From NCBI GenBank assembly GCA_049586115.1, contig JBAVBF010000154.1, positions 1 to 36,873 of the forward strand: a stretch of DNA of 36,873 nucleotides, read 5' to 3'. The notes under the pieces were generated by a model, which saw only the letters and a list, made by a program, of their open reading frames with translations, was not told the DNA's origin and searched no databases. The translations under genes were made by a program, and so were the position numbers. Of this stretch, positions 9,826 through 16,806 are shown one piece after another. Numbering within the stretch: the stretch's first letter is position 1; every line of letters starts with the position of its first letter. Source of the DNA: Thermoanaerobaculia bacterium (lineage in GTDB: Bacteria; Acidobacteriota; Thermoanaerobaculia; Gp7-AA8).

Positions 9826-11081
9826 TCGATCTCGCCGCGGCCGCCGGCAAGATGCACATCACCACGCAACGCATGGTGGCGAAGCATCCGTTTCACGCGA
9901 ACCTCGTGGCCACCGGCGTCTTTGTTCCCGAACCGGTCAGAACGATGGCGGTCACCGTTCGCGACGGCCTGCTCACCTTTCTCTATGATCCGGCCTTCGT
10001 CCTCGCGACCGAGTTGGATGTCCTCATCGGATCGCTTCTCCACGAAACCGGGCACGTGCTCGCGGATCATCTCACCGCAAATCCGGCGAACTATCCGGAT
10101 CGTCGCGCACGCACCATTGCCGAAGAAGTGACAGTGAACGAGTGGATCATCGAACCGCTGCCGCCCGGCGTCCTGCGTATCGACCAGTTCGGGCTCGTGC
10201 CCGATGAGGACACCGACACCCGATATGAGCGCCTGCGGGACCCGAAATCGGGATCGGTACCGAATTCGGGCCGGCGCGTACCGAAAAAGGGGACGCGCGG
10301 GAACAAAAAGACGGGCCGCGGTCGCGATTCCACACCGCCGATCGAAACCTTTGATGATCACTCGTTCTGGGATGCGACGCGGAACGATCCGATTCGGACC
10401 CGTCAGGTTATCGACCAGGTGGTGGTCGCTGCGGCCGACCGGCTCGGCCCGGATGAGGGACGTTCGATGTCCAAGGGAGAGCATCAGCGCGTGCGGGACG
10501 CGCGCGGACGCATACCGCGATGCGCCGCGAGTGACGAGATCGACGGCGGCGTCGGCCGCGTGCGCTGGCAGCCGATCCTCGAGCGTCTTGTCGGCCGGCG
10601 GCGTGAGGCTGTGGCCAACTTCCGGCGGCCGTCGCGCCGCTTTCCGTCGTTCGTCGGCATCGTCCCGGCCTTCTTCCATCGGACCGCGCGGCTCCGAGTA
10701 TGCGCCGTCGTCGATACGAGCGGGTCGATGGACGCGCGTACCCTAGCCGTTATCAATGGCGAGCTCGCCGTGCTTGCCCGGCTGCATGACGTGACGGTCG
10801 TGCAGTGCGACGACCGTGTCCGCTCCGTCGCACCCTTCACCGGGCAGATCGCGCGGATCATCGGGCGGGGCAACACGGATTTCCGGCCACCGCTGGAACG
10901 GGTCTTCCTCGCCGATCAGGGCGCCGAGGTCGTCGTCTACTTCTGCGACGGCCAGGGTCCTGCGCCAGTGCGGGCGCCGCGCGTTCCGGTCATTTGGGCG
11001 ATCACCGCCGCCGGCCGGCGGCCGGCCGCGTGGGGCCACATGATCAGTCTTCCGGCGGCGTCTGCAGCGCGTGCCAGCTAA
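9822..11081 (+). CDS. putative HExxH metallopeptidase domain + VWA-like domain protein (DUF2201/COG3864-type partner of MoxR ATPases)
   Basis: HExxH motif in SLLHETGHVLADHL. C-terminal MIDAS-type VCAVVDTSGSMD ... VVQCDDRV ... GRGNTDFRPPL ... VVYFCDGQG. The start is taken at ATG 9822 (ATGA overlap) rather than the track's 9597, which overlaps the upstream gene. Confidence 0.8.
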   Translation: MIDLAAAAGKMHITTQRMVAKHPFHANLVATGVFVPEPVRTMAVTVRDGLLTFLYDPAFVLATELDVLIGSLLHETGHVLADHLTANPANYPDRRARTIAEEVTVNEWIIEPLPPGVLRIDQFGLVPDEDTDTRYERLRDPKSGSVPNSGRRVPKKGTRGNKKTGRGRDSTPPIETFDDHSFWDATRNDPIRTRQVIDQVVVAAADRLGPDEGRSMSKGEHQRVRDARGRIPRCAASDEIDGGVGRVRWQPILERLVGRRREAVANFRRPSRRFPSFVGIVPAFFHRTARLRVCAVVDTSGSMDARTLAVINGELAVLARLHDVTVVQCDDRVRSVAPFTGQIARIIGRGNTDFRPPLERVFLADQGAEVVVYFCDGQGPAPVRAPRVPVIWAITAAGRRPAAWGHMISLPAASAARAS

Positions 11082-12301
11082 TCGAAACTGTCATCGAGTT
11101 GCTGCCGTGCCGCGCTCGATCCCGGCAGGAAGTGCGCGTAGTAGTTGGCCGTCGTGTAGACGCTTCCGTGACCGAGGAGCTTCGACACGTACGTGATCTC
11201 CAGCCCCCGCTGGAGAAGATGCGAGGCAAACAAGTGACGGAGCGAATGCGGGGTGCAGCGGGGCACGTCTGCCCGTGCCACGGCGGGATCCCAGTGGCGC
11301 TGCTGAAAGTTCCGGTCGTTCATCGGGCGACCGGCGGCATCCTCGGACTTTGCGGGAAACACCCACGGGTCATGCCGGTGTACGTCGCCGCGTTCTTGCG
11401 CTGCGCGATAGTCGCGGAGCTGCGAGACGAGCGCGCGGGGCATGTCGACCAAACGGACCGCAGACGTCTTCGTCGTGACGATGCGCCCGGTCACCTGATC
11501 GATCGACTGCTGGATGCGCACCTTCTTCCGCACGAGATCAACGCACGACCACTCGAGCGCGAGCGCTTCATTCAGTCGCGCACCGCTTTGGCGCAGAAAC
11601 TCCGCGACCATGTGGGCGATCGGGTGATGCACTTCCGCGATGATCTTCTTCGCGTGCTCCAACTCCGGAACGACGACCGGAACACGATTCCGCTTCGGTA
11701 ACCGGACGAGGGCCGCCGGATTCGCGGACGCGAGGCCGCGCAGCATAGCCTCCTCGAGGACTTGTCGAAGAAGGAGCAGGCACTCGCGTCGGGTCTGGCC
11801 GGCGATCCCGTCGTTCTCAAGAAGTTCGGTGCGGAGTGCCATGCAGCTCTCGTAGGCGAGATCCGAAACGCGCACGTCGCCGAGGAGCGGTCGTATATGA
11901 CAGTTGAATCGTGATTGCGCGGCGCGGGCCGTCGAGTCCTTCAACCCATTGCCCCGCATGATGTCGGGGACGTACACCTCGTCGAAGAACGCGCCGAGCT
12001 CGATCTTCTGATTCGCGCGCGCCACGAGCTTGATGCCACGCTTGCCTGAACGAATGAGGTCGGAACGGACGTCACGCGCCTCCGTCAGTGTCTCGGCCAT
12101 GCGGAACACTTGTTCTCCTCGTCGATACACGAAGACGCCATAGCGTCCGGAGCGCGGATACTTCCAGATTCCACGCTCCACGCGTACGGGCTTCTCGTCC
12201 GGCGCGCCGACGAGTCGCAGAGGAACGCGCTTCGAAACCGGTGTCGATGCCATGGAGAGAGCGTAGGCACGACGCGCCAGAATCCACACGCCGTGGCTCA
12301 A
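11078..12301 (-). CDS. tyrosine recombinase / phage-type integrase
   Basis: C-terminal catalytic region TPHSLRHLFASHLLQRGLEITYVSKLLGHGSVYTTANYYAHF (R...HxxR...Y). Its stop codon overlaps the stop of the convergent VWA gene. Confidence 0.9.
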   Translation of the reverse strand: MSHGVWILARRAYALSMASTPVSKRVPLRLVGAPDEKPVRVERGIWKYPRSGRYGVFVYRRGEQVFRMAETLTEARDVRSDLIRSGKRGIKLVARANQKIELGAFFDEVYVPDIMRGNGLKDSTARAAQSRFNCHIRPLLGDVRVSDLAYESCMALRTELLENDGIAGQTRRECLLLLRQVLEEAMLRGLASANPAALVRLPKRNRVPVVVPELEHAKKIIAEVHHPIAHMVAEFLRQSGARLNEALALEWSCVDLVRKKVRIQQSIDQVTGRIVTTKTSAVRLVDMPRALVSQLRDYRAAQERGDVHRHDPWVFPAKSEDAAGRPMNDRNFQQRHWDPAVARADVPRCTPHSLRHLFASHLLQRGLEITYVSKLLGHGSVYTTANYYAHFLPGSSAARQQLDDSFD

Positions 12302-12372
12302 TCCCGCGTTGTGGGCTGGTGTGGGCGGGTGATCGGTCGCCCGAGTCGTGGCTTCGGCGCTCGGTTACGCTG

Positions 12373-12730
12373 CTAATGCCACGCGTTCTTCAGGTGAAGC
12401 TGCATCCACCGTCCGTAGACCCGTCGAATCCGCGCGAACTCACGGCGAACGATCGGAGCACTCAGCGTCGCAGCGTCGGCATTCGCTGCGTTCAAGTAAA
12501 TCTTCTGGATGCTCCTGGTCAGCTCATACTTTCTCTTAGGCGGAGGCGCGCGGAGGTTCTGCTGCCTCTCGATGGCTCTTCGATTTGCGGTGGTGCGGAC
12601 GTGAGCTCGGACGCCACGTCGTTCACCTTCTGCTGCGCAATCTCTTCCGTCAGTCCGCGCTCATCGATCTCCGGATGCCCGTCGATCGTCCCATGCCAAA
12701 TCCCCCCACCTTCTCGACGCGTATGCTCAT
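12373..12730 (-). pseudogene. small gene just upstream of the integrase (repeat copy 1), disrupted by a 1-nt deletion; coding signal changes frame
   Basis: From ATG 12730 the frame reads MSIRVEKVGG, then a G6 run where copy 2 has GGGCGGG, which causes a stop after 26 codons. After correcting the frame it parallels the copy-2 protein. The 3' part reads ...PPPKRKYELTRSIQKIYLNAANADAATLSAPIVRREFARIRRVYGRWMQLHLKNAWH in a third frame and ends at 12373. Confidence 0.35.
12465..12730. repeat. diverged direct repeat, copy 1 (pairs with 13876-14142)
   Basis: Collinear alignment by eye with copy 2 is roughly four-fifths identical over ~266 nt with a single 1-nt indel. Confidence 0.8.
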
Positions 12731-12876
12731 CCCGAAAGGCTGCGCGGCAGTGTGCAGCTTTAACGGCAGGTCAACCGCACAGCGATAATGTAACCGTGGA
12801 AACGGCGCAGGTCACCTCATCCTACGTTCATGTTCAACGGTCTCTCGATCTTATCGGGCGATCGTACGGTGGTCTC

Positions 12877-13830
12877 ATGGTGCCGCCGGATGAGTCGATT
12901 CAAAAGGGCTTCTTTTTTCATCGAATCACGGATGCTGTTGTGCAGTGGCTAATCGCCGCTCAGACACCCACGCTCGGTGCATTGCTTGCGAAGGATGAAG
13001 TCGCAGTCGGAACCATTTTTTGCCACACTGGTTTGTTCTTTTGTCGTGGCATGTCGGCATACCTTCAAGGAAAGAGGAAGGCTTTGCCAGATGTCTACGC
13101 AAAGCTAGAGGATTTCTCTCCCGGACTGACGCTCATCGCGACTGCGAATCCAGACCATCTGACGAGTGTCTCGGCCTCGGACCATCTTGCGGGCCAACGA
13201 CGGCTGTTCTTCGCCGGCGTCATCAGCGGTGTTTCCAATCGGGAGATTGAGGCGAGGCCGATCATCATAGGCATGGTCGTACAGGGCTCGTGCTCGGATG
13301 CAGTGGATCTTGGGTTCCCTGCTGCATATTCGAACGGAGAACTCTACGTGTCGCAAATTGACGCCTTCTCCGCCCTCGCAGACGTGTCGCCGCCCTCGCT
13401 CGAGAAGGTAGGGCGACTTAAAGAAGTTCCCGAAGAATCCGTCAAGAATGCCTTCGCTGAAATCATCGGCGAGCCTTTTGTCCCTAAAGATTGGGGAGGC
13501 GAGATGTCGGATTTGGTCTCAACGAACGTCTCAGTGGATGGAAGGCGAATGTCGTCTGCATTTGCTTTCAAGGGTCCAGCAAAGTTCCATCCGCTCACGG
13601 TCGCCGACATGGGAAAAAACGGCGATCAAATTTTTCGACTCTTTAATGAGCCCGCTGAGCTCGTGGTTGTCCAGCACTGCCATCAGATCACATCACCTGT
13701 TCGCGCTCACATGCGCGCTTTCGCTCAGTGGCCAGGTCGGGCGCGAATGTTCTGCCTGATAAATGGTAGCGACACGGTCAAAATTTTGAGCGCGTACGGG
13801 AAGCTCGGGTTCGGACACCAAGCCAGCTAG
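12877..13830 (+). CDS. hypothetical protein, lower-GC cargo gene; the C-terminal region looks restriction-endonuclease-like (unverified)
   Basis: Start taken at ATG 12877, because the track ORF from 12088 overlaps the integrase and repeat copy 1. C-terminal block: PKDWGGEMSDLVSTNVSVDGRRMSSAFAFKGPAKFHPLTVADMGKNGDQIFRLFNEPAELVVVQHCHQI. Visibly more AT-rich than its neighbours. Confidence 0.55.
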   Translation: MVPPDESIQKGFFFHRITDAVVQWLIAAQTPTLGALLAKDEVAVGTIFCHTGLFFCRGMSAYLQGKRKALPDVYAKLEDFSPGLTLIATANPDHLTSVSASDHLAGQRRLFFAGVISGVSNREIEARPIIIGMVVQGSCSDAVDLGFPAAYSNGELYVSQIDAFSALADVSPPSLEKVGRLKEVPEESVKNAFAEIIGEPFVPKDWGGEMSDLVSTNVSVDGRRMSSAFAFKGPAKFHPLTVADMGKNGDQIFRLFNEPAELVVVQHCHQITSPVRAHMRAFAQWPGRARMFCLINGSDTVKILSAYGKLGFGHQAS

Positions 13831-13875
13831 CTCGCCGCAGAAGTTGGCCCCGCCTTCAAAGTCAAAACTATCATG

Positions 13876-14142
13876 GCATCGCAGCGTCGGCATTCACTGC
13901 GTTCAAGTGAGTTTTTCGGATCTGCCTGGTCAGCTCATCCTTCTTTTTCGGCGCAGTCCCGCGGAGGTTCCAATGCCCTCTTGATGGTTCTCCGATTTCG
14001 GCGGTGCGGACGTGTGCCTGAACGCCACGTCGTTCACCTTCCGCCGCGCAATCTCTTCCGTCAGGCTGCGCTCATCGATCTCCGGATGCTCGTAGATCGT
14101 CCCATGCCAAATCCCGCCCACCTTCTCCACGCGTATGTTCAT
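13876..14142. repeat. diverged direct repeat, copy 2 (pairs with 12465-12730)
   Basis: See copy 1. Homology stops abruptly at 13876, about 45 nt after the end of the low-GC ORF. Confidence 0.8.
13930..14142 (-). CDS. small hypothetical protein (70 aa), intact-frame paralogue of the copy-1 gene
   Basis: MNIRVEKVGGIWHGTIYEHPEIDERSLTEEIARRKVNDVAF... The first ~40 aa are conserved with frame-corrected copy 1. No clear Shine-Dalgarno sequence. Confidence 0.4.
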   Translation of the reverse strand: MNIRVEKVGGIWHGTIYEHPEIDERSLTEEIARRKVNDVAFRHTSAPPKSENHQEGIGTSAGLRRKRRMS

Positions 14143-14233
14143 GGTGGGAGGTTACGACGCAACGCCGTGTTCTACACGGTGTGACCTTTCGTTGAGGAGT
14201 CGACGGCGATCATGAGGTCGCGTTCTACCTTGT

Positions 14234-14695
14234 GTGTCGCCGGACGCATCGCCGGAGCGTCCACGACGCGTGGACAAATTTCGCGTGTTGCTAGCCTCGC
14301 TCCGTGGACAACGAAGAGAACAGTCGTTCCCGTGGCAGCTTCTTTCTTCCGGCCGGAACGGCGGCGGGCACCGCGCTCATCGTGCGGCCGACCGAGGCAC
14401 TCACCCCCGCAGAACCGATCCTCGAGCGGAGATCATCGAGGAGGAGACGCTTCCTGATCTCTATGACGCATCGGTCCGGCGCTCGACGCGCCTCGAAGCC
14501 TTCCTAAAGGGCCACGGGATCAAGCCCGCGCATCTTGCCCGGGAATGCGGCTACTCGCGCCAGCACCTCCTCCGCATCCGGCTCGGGTGCATGGAACCGA
14601 CGCGTCGTTGCATGGCGGCCATCGTCGTGGCATGTCGCCGTCTCACCCGCAGGCGCGTGCGGGCCTCCGCGCTGTTCGACTTGGGGGACACCTAA
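14234..14695 (+). CDS. XRE/Cro-like helix-turn-helix protein; start uncertain, only the C-terminal ~80 aa look genuine
   Basis: STRLEAFLKGHGIKPAHLARECGYSRQHLLRIRLGCMEPTRRCMAAIVVACRRL is HTH-like. The N-terminal half is Arg/Pro-rich and may not be translated. Confidence 0.55.
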   Translation: MSPDASPERPRRVDKFRVLLASLRGQRREQSFPWQLLSSGRNGGGHRAHRAADRGTHPRRTDPRAEIIEEETLPDLYDASVRRSTRLEAFLKGHGIKPAHLARECGYSRQHLLRIRLGCMEPTRRCMAAIVVACRRLTRRRVRASALFDLGDT

Positions 14696-14697
14696 CG

Positions 14698-14943
14698 ATG
14701 CAGTGGCCGAAGAACACCGTTTGCACGTGCGGAGACGGGAGGGCACGCGGAGACGGGAGGGCACGACACTGGTTCGCGACGAGCAGCCCGAACGGCCCAT
14801 GCCGCGAGTGCGGATGCACAGCGTTCGTCCTCGCGCCGGCGTCCGAATGCGGCCACGGCAAGGCGGCGCACGCAAAGGGCTTCTGCAATCAGAGGTACAT
14901 CGACGGATGCCGGGCCTTCCGCGAGCGGGGGACAGTCTCGTGA
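14698..14943 (+). CDS. small Cys/His-rich (zinc-ribbon-like) protein, 81 aa
   Basis: MQWPKNTVCTCGDGRARGDGRARHWFATSSPNGPCRECGCTAFVLAPASECGHGKAAHAKGFCNQRYIDGC. Starts 2 nt after the upstream TAA. Its TGA overlaps the next ATG. Contains a perfect 18-bp tandem duplication. Confidence 0.5.
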   Translation: MQWPKNTVCTCGDGRARGDGRARHWFATSSPNGPCRECGCTAFVLAPASECGHGKAAHAKGFCNQRYIDGCRAFRERGTVS

Positions 14944-15309
14944 TGGCCCGGACAACAGCCACCTTGCACATCGCGGGCGACGTCACGCAAGGCGCGCCGC
15001 TCCGGGCTTCGGATGAGACGGTAATCCTTCCCGCCGCGATCCTTGAGGAGGACGAGCAGGTCTACCGCGTCGCCGGTTCTTCCCTCGCCAGTTCTGACAT
15101 CTTCGAAGGTGATCTCCTCATCGTCGAGCCGAGGCGGAAGGCGCAGACCGGAGAGCTCGTGATCGCGCGCCTCGATGCGCAGCTCTTCGTCGGCAGATGG
15201 TGGGCGAAGCACGGCCGGGCGCGACATCCTCGACGCCGATGGCCAGACGGTCATCGTGCGCGGGGCAACCGTCATCGGCTCCATCAACCTCATCGTGCGC
15301 CCGCAATGA
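14943..15309 (+). pseudogene. S24/LexA-fold peptidase-like protein without an HTH domain; apparent +1 frameshift near 15210-15220
   Basis: Frame 0 reads MARTT...YRVAGSSLASSDIFEGDLLIVEPRRKAQTGELVIARLDAQLFVGRWWAKH. The +1 frame continues GRDILDADGQTVIVRGATVIGSINLIVRPQ* and ends in an ATGA overlap with the next gene. Confidence 0.55.
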
Positions 15310-15512
15310 TCGACGACGAGGCATGGGACACCTCTCCGGTCGCGCAAGCGATCGACTGTCTCGCGGAGATCGCGATCGCCGCCGAAGAACTGGCCGCGAT
15401 TGATGAGATGGCCCCGAGTCTCCGCGGGTTCGCCACAGCAACACACCGCGTTGCCATGGCCTATCGAGAACAACTGCTGAAGGAAAACGAGGACACCACA
15501 TGCCCAGGATGA
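15306..15512 (+). CDS. hypothetical helical protein, 68 aa
   Basis: MIDDEAWDTSPVAQAIDCLAEIAIAAEELAAIDEMAPSLRGF... ATGA overlaps at both ends. Confidence 0.45.
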   Translation: MIDDEAWDTSPVAQAIDCLAEIAIAAEELAAIDEMAPSLRGFATATHRVAMAYREQLLKENEDTTCPG

Positions 15513-15976
15513 ATAGCGACATGGTGTACGCATGGAAGACGCCGAACGCGCGCGTCTGGCCACCCCCAACGCGGACGATTCCCTGGAAGGGCTTCATGCA
15601 GGAGAAGCACTTCGTCCGCTTTGGATCAGCGCAGGCAAATGCGATCGTGTTGCTTGAGATCGGAGCTGTGAAGAAGGTGTCGAGCTTCGACATCGAGTGG
15701 TTCGAGGGGCTCTTCCTTCGCCGATTGCGCGCGCGGTTGTTCGCAGAACCGGGATACGAGAAGCCCTATCGGGATTGCTACGACCACGTCGCAAACACGT
15801 ACCAATACGACTGGATCGACCTCGAAGCAGCGATGACGATCGGGAAGCGCCGCTACTACACCCTCCTCGTCGCCGTGATGAAGGAGCTTGTGATGGAGGA
15901 AGGGGCGACCGGGACGATCGCGAGGGTGGCACTGAAAGCGTTTCGCTTCCCGGAGTCCGCGTGGGAGGAGTCGTGA
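15509..15976 (+). CDS. hypothetical protein, 155 aa
   Basis: MNSDMVYAWKTPNARVW...YDHVANTYQYDWIDLEAAMTIGKRRYYTLLVAVMKEL. Non-repetitive protein-like composition. Stop/start overlaps with both neighbours. Confidence 0.55.
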   Translation: MNSDMVYAWKTPNARVWPPPTRTIPWKGFMQEKHFVRFGSAQANAIVLLEIGAVKKVSSFDIEWFEGLFLRRLRARLFAEPGYEKPYRDCYDHVANTYQYDWIDLEAAMTIGKRRYYTLLVAVMKELVMEEGATGTIARVALKAFRFPESAWEES

Positions 15977-16416
15977 ACGACTTCGATTGGCCTCCCGTCC
16001 CGTATGCCGACTACCTCCAGAAGGAACTGGATCGACAAACGCAGTTCGCGTATCTCAATCCGGAATTGGATCGGCGCTACGACCCGGTGGTGGTCGGCGG
16101 CACAGCGATGTCCCCCGTCATTCAGTCGGGCGATGTCGTCCTTGTGGACACCGGGAACACGCGCCTGGAGGATGGCCGCGTCGTCGCGGTTCGGGTCACG
16201 GGTGGAAGAACCCTCATCGGCTACTGGCATCGGCGGGACGGTAGTCCCGTGCTCCAACAAGAACGAACCGACGCAGTGATCGACCTCGCGCAATGTCTGA
16301 ACTGGTCGATCTACGGCATCATTACGAAGGTCATTGGGCGAGACGTTCAGCCTCGTCCCGCATCACCGGATGTAGCATTAGAAGCGGAGGACGTACGAAT
16401 GGATGTCACGCCATGA
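15973..16416 (+). CDS. second S24/LexA-fold peptidase-like protein (GTG start), catalytic Ser position apparently Ala
   Basis: VVGGTAMSPVIQSGDVVLVDTGNTRLEDGRVVAVRVTGGRTLIGYWHRRDGSPVLQQE...IYGIITKVIGR matches the S24 pattern (xGDSMxPxIxxGDxVLVD...DGxxVxxxxxGxxxxKR). GGAGGAG lies 2 nt upstream of the GTG start. GTGA overlap with the upstream gene. Confidence 0.6.
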   Translation: MNDFDWPPVPYADYLQKELDRQTQFAYLNPELDRRYDPVVVGGTAMSPVIQSGDVVLVDTGNTRLEDGRVVAVRVTGGRTLIGYWHRRDGSPVLQQERTDAVIDLAQCLNWSIYGIITKVIGRDVQPRPASPDVALEAEDVRMDVTP

Positions 16417-16473
16417 CAGGCGCAGTGGGTCATAGAACGGCTTCTTGCAGACCGTCGTATCTCTGCAAGGGAC

Positions 16474-16806
16474 GTGAACCAGTATCTCGCAGGCATGCAG
16501 GGGGAGATCCGGGATATCGAACAACGCCTTTCCGACCTTCGTGGGGCCGCCGGACCCCCCGCGGTGGTCGCACCTTCTGTCCGTACAGCGGTCGCGCCAG
16601 CGAAGACGCGGAAGCGGCGCGCCGGCGGAAAGAAAGGTCATCCGCGCGGTGTCGCGGGAACGCTCGCCGTCCTCCTCCGCTCGATCCCGGCCGCAGAACA
16701 CGCCGCCATTGCTGCCATCCGTGCCGACAAAGGCATCAAGGCCGCGATTAGCGCTGCGAGGGCTGCGTCAAAAGGTAGAAGCGGTCGACGAAAGGCGCGG
16801 CCGTGA
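16474..16806 (+). CDS. hypothetical basic, Ala-rich protein with an N-terminal coiled-coil-like segment
   Basis: VNQYLAGMQGEIRDIEQRLSDLRG...KTRKRRAGGKKGHPRG...AEHAAIAAIRADKGIKAAISAARAA. Same reading frame as the upstream gene, separated from it by one TGA codon. Confidence 0.45.
   Translation: MNQYLAGMQGEIRDIEQRLSDLRGAAGPPAVVAPSVRTAVAPAKTRKRRAGGKKGHPRGVAGTLAVLLRSIPAAEHAAIAAIRADKGIKAAISAARAASKGRSGRRKARP

Noticed and set aside
10805-11701. 298-aa + strand ORF spanning the VWA gene end and the integrase
   Set aside because: Out-of-frame and antisense artefact. Both overlapped genes have strong family motifs.
12088-12876. Upstream 263 codons of the 580-aa ORF in the track
   Set aside because: It overlaps the integrase start and repeat copy 1 on the opposite strand and has a nonsense-like composition. 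Protein-like sequence and the GC drop begin near 12877.
13930-13960. Programmed -1 ribosomal frameshift at the A-run (CCGAAAAAGAAGG) in repeat copy 2, to join the two conserved frames
   Set aside because: It is not a proper X XXY YYZ heptamer in the zero frame. The A-run is also not conserved in copy 1 (CCTAAGAGAAAG), although copy 1 shows the same frame switch.
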